A stretch of DNA of 64,000 nt from Rebecca billardiae RCC1528 (Eukaryota > Protista > Haptophyta): the NCBI GenBank assembly GCA_965240325.2, contig OZ251232.1:930001-994000 (forward strand), written 5' to 3'. Positions 55,701 to 64,000 of this stretch are shown piece by piece (within the stretch, counting starts at the first letter, position 1; each line of letters opens with the position of its first letter). The notes beneath the pieces were generated by a model that saw nothing but the letters and a program-made list of their open reading frames with translations, did not search any database and was not told the origin of the DNA. Made by a program: the position numbers and the translations under genes.

Positions 55701-57084
55701 CGGGCGTGTGCCCCGGCACCGTCACGCGTGACTGCGACTTGGTGCGCGCCAGCCCCACATCGGCGAGCTTGGCCAGGCTGTAGTCCTCGTTGAGGAGCAC
55801 GTTGGCCGGCTTGACGTCGTAGTGCACCACGGGCGGCTCGAGCGTGTGCAGGTAGTGCAGCGCGTACGCCACGTGCAGCGCGATGCGCTGCCCGCCCGCC
55901 GCCCAGGCCACGCGCGTCGGCTCAATCGCGAGCGCGTCGCTCAGGCTGCCGCCGCGCATGCGCTCGGTGACGATCATCATGTTCTCCGGCTCGTCGCACG
56001 CGCCCAAAGAGAGCACGATGTGCGGGTGGCGCAGCTGGTGCAGCATCGCCACCTCGCGCTCAAACTCGCGGCGCGCTTCGGACCCCGCGGCGTTCAGCCG
56101 CTTCACCGCGACCGGCTGCGCGCCCCGCAGCCGCGCCGCGTACACGCGCCCAAAGCCGCCGCTGCCGAGCAGCACCTCGCCGCCATCCGCGCCGCGCTCG
56201 ATCTCGACCTCGGCCGGGCGCACGTACCACTGCTGACGCGGCGCTGGCGCGGGCAGGCTGTTCACGCCGGCACCGTGATGCTGCGCAGCGCCGGCAGCGC
56301 CGCGCTCGGCGAGGCGGTGGTAGCGCGCACACGCGTCCGCGTCCTCTCGCGAGTAGATCTCGCCCGGCCGGTGCATCACGTCGACGATGTGCGCGCTGCC
56401 GTAGACGTGTACCACGTTCCACGCGTGCCCTCCAGCGGACACCCTCCCCGCGAAGTCGCCGCGCACCAGCGCGCACTCGATGCCCAGCGCGTCGCACAGC
56501 ACCTTGAAGAGCAGCGCGCGGTGCCGGCACACGCCTAGCGAGATGTCACCGAGCGGCACGAGCATCGAGCCCCTCTCCTGCACGAGGGCGTTGATCTCTT
56601 GGTTGGACTGCTCGACGAGATCGTCCGTCAAGCCCCCGAGCCGCTCGGACACGTGCGCGCCGAGCACCTTGATGCGATCGCGCATGTCCGTGATGGGCTG
56701 CAGCCGAGAGCGAGCTTCCTCGATGCAGTCGCGCAGGGACACGTCGATGCGTGTGTCGACCACGAGCACCTCGCGGCCGCCAGGCGCGCCAGCGGGACGG
56801 CGAGCAAGGTCCTCTGCTGCGGGTAGCGCAGCATCACGGGCCATCCGGCCGGCGTCGACGAAGCCGTCGCCCACGCGCGTGTCGAAGTCGAGCTTGTGCT
56901 CGTTGAAGTACCGCTCGGCGCTGGGCGCAAGGGGCAGCACGAGCACACGGTCGAGCCCGACCTCGCCGATCGCGCTGCCCGGAGCAAGCACGAGTCGGTC
57001 ATCGCCGATGCACGCGCTCACGCGCGCACGGGCACCGCTGCCGACGATCACCACTTCCTTCCCGACGAGGCTCTCAGGGGACAT
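52783..57084 (-). CDS. EDR1/CTR1-domain + TKL kinase + exon-modular RI-type LRR protein (~833 aa)
   Basis: Exons 57084-55004, 54631-54548, 54197-54114, 53743-53660, 53304-53221 and 52867-52783; all introns are GTAC...CACAG, phase 2. EDR1 motifs: GDISLGVCRHRALLFKVLCD, HAWNVV, VDVMHRPG. Kinase motifs: GSGGFG, VAVK, EFEREV, HYDVKPAN, DVG, DVFSFG. LRR: NQLTDVSGTALAEALRTNTKLQxLxLxx. Confidence 0.9.
52868..55003 (-). repeat. Tandem exon+intron units (period 434-454 bp) with near-identical introns
   Basis: Introns of 372, 350, 370, 355 and 353 bp share donor GTACGCGCACGCA and acceptor GTGCCTCCGCTGTGCACACAG, plus an internal (GCACC)n tract. Confidence 0.95.
55260..55470 (-). repeat. 45-bp coding tandem repeat (PRAAAAPPVRAAAEQ) in the kinase-LRR linker
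   Basis: Three full and two partial copies are visible in the translation. Confidence 0.85.
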
Positions 57085-57174
57085 GATGGAGGCTTTTTCT
57101 TTGCCGACGAAGCGAGAAGGGACGCGTCAAGTGATGCTCTTTGGTGATGAACCTATCGGATCGACGAACTTATA

Positions 57175-58617
57175 ACCGATTTCGGGCAACCGTGCTCATC
57201 AAAGTGATTCTCAAGCTGAAGTGAGACTTCAACTTCATCCCCTCTTCGGAAGTGTGTTCGGAAGCCAGCTCCTAGTTCAGAACACCTTCGGTCCTATGAA
57301 GTCGAACGTCCTTTGCGAACGGGTCTCGCTTCGGTACCGCTTCGCAAACTTGACGGCTCGGAGTGGCAAAGTCGTTCCGAAGCGAAGCCAAAGTACAGGG
57401 TCGAGTTGGTCAGCGGGCGGCGGCGGCGGCGAGGGCTTCTCCGGCGGCGGGGCGCGCACGGGGCACGGCGCGGCGGGAGCGGATGTGCTCGCACAGCCGG
57501 CGCGTGCGGACGGGCTGTTGTGGAAGTGCACATGGCGCCCTCCTGCGCAGCGCGTCTTGCGCCATGCCTCTCTCGCCGCGGCTCAGGGCAGCGCGCATGC
57601 GCGCGCCGCCTCAAGGCCAGCCTTGCCGCGCCGCAGCCGACCGCGCGCGCGCCGTGCGCGGCGTGGCCGGGAAGGAACGGGCGCGGCTGCCGGGCGAGAT
57701 GGCGACCTCACGTGTGCTCGCCATGCCGCCCCGCCACGCCTTGACGACCGTGTCGTCGGTCCGTTTGCATGCCTCTTCGGCTGGTCACAAATGGCGTGCA
57801 CGGCCTCGCGGTCGTGACCCTTATCGGGACGATCATTGAGACGCAGAACGGTGCCAGACGGGCACAAGTGCTGTGCGTGCATGCGTGTCTATCACCATAC
57901 GGCCATGTAGAAGGTGCGCCATGCGACGCTTTTCTCGCGCTGATGATCGTTCATCATCATCTTCTTCGAGCTCAGGTCTGGCTTGTTACGACTAGTGGTC
58001 AGCCAACTCGTCAACAGCTGTGTGGATCCGTTATTGTGCCCTTTCGCGGCGTCGCGGGGCGGCATGGCGTGCGCGTATGGCGTCGCCATCTCGCCCGGCA
58101 GCCGCGCCCGTTCCTTCCCGGCCACGCCGCGCACGGCGCGCGCGCGGTCGGCTGCGGCGCGGCACTAGGCTGGCCTTGAGGCGGCGCGCGCATGCGCGCT
58201 GCCCTGAGCCGCGGCGAGAGAGGCGTGGCGCAAGACGCGCGGCGCAGGAGGGCGCCACGTGCACTTCCACAACAGCCCGTCCACACGCGCCGGCTGTGCG
58301 AGCACATCCGCTCCCGCCGCGCCGTGCCCCGTGCGCGCCCCGCCGCCGGAGAAGCCCTCGCCGCCGCCACCGCCGCCGCCGCCGCACAAGCGAACCCGAT
58401 TGGGCAAAGTGCTCCCAACGTGTGAAGCCAGCTTCTCAGAAGAGGGGTCACCGCTTTGACACGTGTTCCGCTTCGACTTCCAAAGTGGAACGCAAACCGC
58501 AAGCTCACTTCGCTTTAGGATTCGACAGAAGCTTTGGAAGTCGAAGTCGGTTCGACTTGACTTTCCAATCTGAAGTCACACAATCAGACTTTATGAGCAC
58601 GGTTGCCCGAAATCGGT
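57175..58617. mobile_element. Non-autonomous foldback/MITE-like element (~1.44 kb)
   Basis: Perfect 25-bp terminal inverted repeats (accgatttcgggcaaccgtgctcat at 57175, reverse complement ending at 58617). Internal inverted arms of ~330 bp at ~57413-57740 and ~58048-58385. No transposase and no clear TSD. Confidence 0.75.
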
Positions 58618-59645
58618 GATACTCAGAACGGGAGTTTCTAAGCCAATAGGATTACAGTACAGTCAAGGGAGGTCTACAGTGATCTATTCTTTAATCACAG
58701 TTCGCGCGACTCTAGAGGTAACTATGTACTACCGACGAAGCTCTCGACAGTAGTAGTGGTGGAACTTAGAGTAGTATCAGACCTGCTTTGCGTCATTGTT
58801 TCGCCCCATCAGGGAATCAACCTGGAGCCTCGAACCCCAAGTTGGCCGGCGCCGCCCGCACGACGCCCGCAAAGTGGCTGAAGTGGCGTGCGGCCTCGCC
58901 TCGGGTCCGCGCTGGCGACGGCGGAGGCTTTGTGACGGTGCGCGAGGCGGGCAGGCCTGGTAGCACCTAATGGCCCCTCAGCTGACGCGCATGGCTCGCC
59001 GCCGTCACTCCGTGGCCTCTTCAGCGCCCAATCCGCCCAAACTGTGTTTGTGTGACTTCAGTGCGTTCGCTTGCGGCTCACGCTTCATCTGCAAGGGCCA
59101 GACGCAGGATCTGTGAAGAGAGAGCTTCGTCTATGCTAGCCGAATGCGCACTGGTTCAAGGCACAGCACGAGCGCTTGTCGCGGACAGAAGCGGACGCGG
59201 CGGTAGGCAACGACGTTGCGTGGATTTGGCGCGGTCGGTGCCCGGTGACACTGCCAGTCGAGTGCGCGGTGCTCGGATCAGCAAACGACGAGTAGAGATC
59301 ACACGTACTGAGGCCCACGGCGCGGGCTGCACGCTGCGCACTCCGCCCTGCACCACGGGCCATATACATTGAAAAACAAACTCAGTTTGCGACTACGTAG
59401 CGTCCGGCCGCGAGGCTGCTCCGACGACGCCGTCACTACTAGTACTAGGTCTAGCTAGTGCTCGCCGAGACGACGACAACTTTTGGCTTTTGCGGCACTT
59501 TACGCTACGGCACAGCAGCACCGGCCTGGGCCTGGCGGCCTAGCAAGGGGCGATCGACTGAGCTGGCCGCAGCAGCGGCCCGCGTGGGCACGGTGAGGCT
59601 GCGGGTGTTGGCCGGGCGTAGTGTCAGGCCGTTAATCGAGTCCGG

Positions 59646-61778
59646 TCATGCTCGACCTCGCAGCGCAGCGCTCTGCTCGGCAGTGCGACGCGCCGCGCCG
59701 CCCCCGTGGGCGTGCGCGTAGCGCGTGTTGTGCGGCAGCCGGTTGAGCTCGCGCGCACTGAGCGACAGCATGCGCCCGCTCCGGCTCGGCGCGGGCGAGG
59801 GTGAGCCTCCGTCGTGCGGCGCGGGCACGGCGCGCCGGCTCGCCGCACGGTCGGCGGGGCTGAGGCCCGGCGCGGCGCTCGGCCCGGCCGCCCTCGGCGC
59901 GGGCGAGGCGGCGCCCACGACGACCGCCGGCCGCGGCGTGCGTCGTATCTCCGGGTAGTCTGCGAGCACGGACTCGCGGAGCACCTCGGCCGCGTAGTCG
60001 CGCGTGCCCATGTACTCGAGGTCCAGGCTGAGCTGCGCGAGGGCGGCACGCGAGGTCGGCAGCATGGGCCGGTCCTGCCACGCGGGCTGCAGGCTGGGCG
60101 TGAGGGCGGCGGTGTGGCGAGCGTGGACGGCGAGTGCCTCCGCACCGCTCGTGCGGCGTGAGAGCGCGTCCATCGCGCGCGCGGCGTGCGCGCCGGAGCC
60201 CTGGGCCGCCGTCGCTGCGTGGGCGAACAGCGCCGTCGCGGGGTGCGACGGGCCGCACACGGCTGCGGCGTGCGCGTGCGCGCGCGCGGCCGCCTCGGCA
60301 GCCGCGGCGGCCGAGGCGGCCGAGCTGGGTGCGCACGGAGCGGCCGACCGAGCCCGAGACCTGGGAGCGGCGGCGACGCCCGTCGCCTCGTAGTGCAGCG
60401 GCGGGGGCTGCGCCAGGTCGTACACACCACCGACCGGCCTCCGCTCCTCCGCGCGCGCCGCCGCGCGCGCGTCGAGCGCCGCGCGGGGCCGATAGAAGGC
60501 GATCGGTGGCGGCTGGGCGGGCGCGGACTGCTGCGCGCCACGGCCCGCGGTGGCATTGTCAAGCCCGACCGCACGCAGGAGGGTGCGTCTCGGGTGCACG
60601 GCCCGAGCCCCGGGGATCAGGCTCTCGCGCAGCAGCGTCTCGTCAAAGCAGCCAATGCACGCACCCGAGGCACCCTCGACCGCACCGCCACCGCCGCCGC
60701 CGCCGCTTCCGCCGGCCGCAGCGCCGTGGGCGACGCTCGTCGGGCGCAGCGGTGGCGGCCGCGCGGGCTGCGCCGACGGCGCCGTGCCCGCGCCGTGCAG
60801 GAGCACCGCCTCGCCCGCGCCCGCCGCGCCGTGCCCGCCGTGCAGCACCCCTGCCCCCGCGTGCACGTGCACGCACGGCGCGCGCACGGCACAGCCGCAC
60901 CGACGCTCGCACAGCCGCAGCCCGCGCGCGCGCTGCAGCGCGCCGTCCGCGCCCAGCATGTGCTTGCCCGAGAGCGTGCCGCCGGCGAGCGCGCCGTACG
61001 CCAGCAGCAGGACGCCATGCGGTTTGAGTCCGGAGTGGACGGGGCCGCAAGCCTCGACGGTCGCGTCCTCCCCGAACTTGCGGTGCAGCACGCTGAAGTC
61101 GTTCTGGATGGTGACGGGCTTCTGCACGCCCAGCCGCGCGCACGCCTCGAGCAGCTTGGCCACGCCGAGCGCGTTCTCGTTGCTCACGCCCCACTGCTTG
61201 ATCTTGCCGGCCGCGAGCAGCTCACCGACCGCGCCGACCGTCTCGTCGAACGGGACGAAGCCCTCGAACTCCTTGCCGCGCACGTAGTTGCGCTGGTCGA
61301 AGATGGCGCTGCACCGGTCGGGCCAGTGCAGCTGGTACAGGTCGATGCAGCGCACGCCGAGCCGCTCCAGCGAGCCGTCGCACGCCGCGAGGACCTGCTG
61401 CCGGCTCATCTCCAGAACGGTCGGCGGCTGCTCGCCCGGCGGGTACTTGCGCTCGCCGACGATGTGCGCGAGGCGCGCGCCCGGGCTGCGCGAGGCCACC
61501 TTCGACGCGATCACCACCTTCTCGCGCCGGCTCGGCTCCTCCTTGAGCCACTTGCCCACGATGCGCTCCGAGGCGCCGCACGTCTCCGCGCGCGGCGGCA
61601 CCGGGTACAGCTCGGCGACGTCGAAGAAGTTGCAGCCCGCCCCGAGCGCCGCCGACATGATGGCGAAGGAGGTGGCCTCGTCCGCTTGCTCGCCAAACGT
61701 CATCGTCATCGTGCCCAGGCAGCCCTCGCTCACCGTGAGCGGGTGCGGCGTGCCCTCGCCGAGCGTGACGTACTTCAT
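59646..61778 (-). CDS. Tas-like aldo-keto reductase, C-terminally truncated and fused in frame to unrelated sequence (chimera or pseudogene)
   Basis: MKYVTLG...CLGTMTMTFGEQ, FFDVAELY, IASKV, IDLYQLHWPDR, WGVSNE, IQNDFS, LLAYGALAGGTLSGKH. AKR similarity ends at ~60960. Confidence 0.7.
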   Translation of the reverse strand: MKYVTLGEGTPHPLTVSEGCLGTMTMTFGEQADEATSFAIMSAALGAGCNFFDVAELYPVPPRAETCGASERIVGKWLKEEPSRREKVVIASKVASRSPGARLAHIVGERKYPPGEQPPTVLEMSRQQVLAACDGSLERLGVRCIDLYQLHWPDRCSAIFDQRNYVRGKEFEGFVPFDETVGAVGELLAAGKIKQWGVSNENALGVAKLLEACARLGVQKPVTIQNDFSVLHRKFGEDATVEACGPVHSGLKPHGVLLLAYGALAGGTLSGKHMLGADGALQRARGLRLCERRCGCAVRAPCVHVHAGAGVLHGGHGAAGAGEAVLLHGAGTAPSAQPARPPPLRPTSVAHGAAAGGSGGGGGGGAVEGASGACIGCFDETLLRESLIPGARAVHPRRTLLRAVGLDNATAGRGAQQSAPAQPPPIAFYRPRAALDARAAARAEERRPVGGVYDLAQPPPLHYEATGVAAAPRSRARSAAPCAPSSAASAAAAAEAAARAHAHAAAVCGPSHPATALFAHAATAAQGSGAHAARAMDALSRRTSGAEALAVHARHTAALTPSLQPAWQDRPMLPTSRAALAQLSLDLEYMGTRDYAAEVLRESVLADYPEIRRTPRPAVVVGAASPAPRAAGPSAAPGLSPADRAASRRAVPAPHDGGSPSPAPSRSGRMLSLSARELNRLPHNTRYAHAHGGGAARRTAEQSAALRGRA

Positions 61779-62569
61779 CGTCTCGTGTGCGCGGGCGACG
61801 CGGAAAGCGGCGGGAGCGGACGCATCCAGTGACGCCCGACGATCGGGTGTCTCGAGACTCGCAGTCTCGGAGTCCGGACGTTGAACGTGCTGGCCGCACG
61901 GCAGGCCGGGGATACGCCCGTCCGCGGCATGATGCCGGCGCGGCCGCCAGCGGCGGCGATCGCCGGTCGCGCGCGCTGGCGAAGGCGATGGCTGGGCGAC
62001 GGTCACGGTGCGCGAGGCTGGCGCGCATAGCACCCAATGGTCTTTATTTATTCTATATTACTGCCCATTCCCCCCCGCGCGTTCGCTTGCTCGGACGCTT
62101 GGCGGCCGCCCCGGCGCGTGCGCGGACGGCGTGCGCCGACGCAGCTTGGCTGTGATCGCTGTGCCACTACGAAAGTAAGCTGGCGCGGCTGCGCCAGGGC
62201 CGGCGGCGGCGCGGCGGAGGACCAGTCACGCCGGCCGAAGGGCTATATAGAAACGGGCTTTGCTGAAGAGAGTCAGTGGCTGCATGGTAGTCCCATGCGC
62301 ACTGGTTCAAGGCACGGCTGCACTGTGCACACGTCGGCACGACTGCTGACTGCTGTCGCCTGCCGCCCGCGACCGGCCGACGACCGCGGTGATCATGATC
62401 AGCTGCTGCTGATGGGCCGAACCGCGGCCGCGTGCACAGGCTGGGGCGGGACGGCCCGCGGCTGCGGACGCGGCGGCTGGCGGCGCAGTCGGCGCCGGGA
62501 GCGGGCATGCAGGCCGACAGCTGCGCGCGCCCACACTGCCCAACGCGCGCCATCCTCCTCCAGGCCTCC

Positions 62570-64000
62570 CTAGATGCGGAGGGTCCCGCCGTCGCGGCCA
62601 CTGCCTTCCCAGGCCTGTTTGATGACGGCATTCTGAGCAGCGCTCAGCTTGTTGCCCCTGTGTGCACAGTGGAGGCACGCCGAGGGGAGGGGAAGCGCGG
62701 AGAGGCGAGCGCCGCGCTCGCGCGAGGTGGGGTGGGCAGTGTCAGCCCACGCCGCTGCGCACCACACGCCGCGCCGTGCACCGCACCGCACCGCACCGCT
62801 GCGCGCGCGCCGCCACACGCCGACTGCCGAGGGGCGGCGCGCGCGCCCCGCGGCGAGTGCGCCGGGCGCTGCCGCAGCCTCGCGCGACGGCGCTGCTGCG
62901 GCGCCGTGCGCGGGTGCTCGCACGTGCGCGCGATGCGCACGGCGCGCGAGCCCCCCCCCCCCACCCCCCCTTCCGCTCGCGCCGCGCGCCGCCTCCCTCG
63001 CCGCGCCGTGCATGCGCGTACCCCAGGTGGAGCACCTGCAGCTTGGTGTTGGTGCGGAGCGCCTCCGCCAGCGCTGTGCCGGAGACGTCCGTCAGCTGGT
63101 TGTAGCTGTGTGCACAGCGGAGGCACGCCGAGGGGAGGGGAAGCGCGGAGAGGCGAGCGCCGCGGTCGCGCGGGGTGGGGTAGGCAGTGTCAGCCCACGT
63201 CGCACCGCACCACGCACCGCCCACCGCACCGCACCGCACCGCTGCGCACGCGCCGCCACACGCCGAGGGGCGGCGCGCGCGCCCCGCGGCGAGTGCGCCG
63301 GGCGCTGCCGCAGCTTCGCGCGACGGCGCTGCTGCGGCGCCGTGCGCGGGTGCTCGCACGTGCGCGCGATGCGCACGATGCGCGAGCCCCCCCCCACCGC
63401 CCCTTCCGCCCGCGCCGCGCGCCGCCTCCCTCGCCGCGCCGTGCGTGCGCGTACCCCAGGCCGAGCCACTGCAGCTTGGTGTTGGAGCGGAGCGCCTCCG
63501 CCAGCGCTGTGCCGGAGACGTCCGTCAGCGTGTTGTCCCTGTGTGCACAGCGGAGGCACGCCGAGGGGAGGGGAAGCGCCAAGAGGCGAGCGCAGCGGAC
63601 GCGCAGGGTGGAGTGGGCAGTGTCAGCCCACGCCGCTGCGCAGCACGCGCCGCGCACCGCACCGCACCGCACCGCACCGCACGCGCCGCCACACGCCGAG
63701 GGGCGGCGCGCGCGCCCCGCGGCGAGTGCGCCGGGCGCTGCCGCAGCCTCGTGCGACAGCGCTGCTGCGGCGCCGTGCGCGGGTGCTCGCACGTGCGCGC
63801 GATGCGCACGGCGCGCGAGCCCCCCCCCCCACCACCCCTTCCGCCCGCGCCGCGCGCCGAACCCCTCGCCGCCCCGTGCGTGCGCGTACCTCAGGTAGAG
63901 CTTCTGCAGCTTGGTGTTGGTGTGGAGCGCCTCCCCCAGCGCAGAGATGTCCGTCAGCTGGTTGCCGCTGTGTGCACAGCGGAGGCACGCCGAGGGGAGG
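62570..64000 (-). CDS. Second exon-modular LRR gene, 3' part (paralog of 52783-57084; 5' end beyond window)
   Basis: Exons 63967-63890 (78 bp), 63538-63455, 63105-63022 and terminal 62657-62570 (GNKLSAAQNAVIKQAWEGSGRDGGTLRI*). Same intron family and phase. Confidence 0.9.

Larger units (their letters stand above)
50540..64000. repeat. Tandem segmental duplication (~50.5-55 kb vs ~58.9-64+ kb)
   Basis: Same order in both copies: dispersed repeat, AKR-chimera tail, dispersed repeat, shared 3' flank (52526 vs 62288), LRR exon array. Confidence 0.85.

Noticed and set aside
62655-62675. RSS-like heptamer CACAG(T/C)G within a near-palindrome (GCTGTGCACACAGC) at the LRR acceptors
   Set aside because: Not directly abutting the exon, no nonamer, and explained by the conserved splice acceptor.
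52783-64000. Diversity-generating retroelement as the cause of LRR variation
   Set aside because: No reverse transcriptase or template repeat in the window. Scaffold adenines (AAC, AAG) are essentially invariant and the changes are not evidently adenine-specific.

Overview
Very GC-rich eukaryotic DNA with short GT-AG introns. The intron style (GTGCGC...CGCAG), SPPP repeats and an RRRL motif suggest a haptophyte-like alga; this is inference only. From left to right: (1) Two head-to-head paralogous giant surface proteins (signal peptide, 3 LamG/ConA-like heads, Ser-Pro stalk, GCxDxxAxNY Cys repeats). Their heads are divergent but their post-stalk regions are almost identical. The complete copy is about 6,240 aa, with a TM helix on a 93-bp exon and a cytoplasmic IQ motif. 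(2) A degenerate TKL kinase fused to ARM-like repeats, followed by a decayed gene. (3) A cysteine desulfurase-TtcA fusion, a CPA1 Na+/H+ antiporter, a GNAT, EMC8/9, a hypothetical gene and an IQ-motif protein. (4) A tandem segmental duplication carrying the most striking system: an EDR1-domain/kinase gene whose C-terminal LRRs are each encoded by a separate 84-bp phase-2 exon between near-identical ~350-370-bp introns. Almost only the four exposed beta-strand codons differ between exons. The 3' end of a paralog follows. A 1.44-kb foldback element sits just upstream of the kinase gene, and a truncated chimeric aldo-keto reductase lies in the duplicated block. All exon models were derived by eye from splice signals and frame; no transcript evidence is available.
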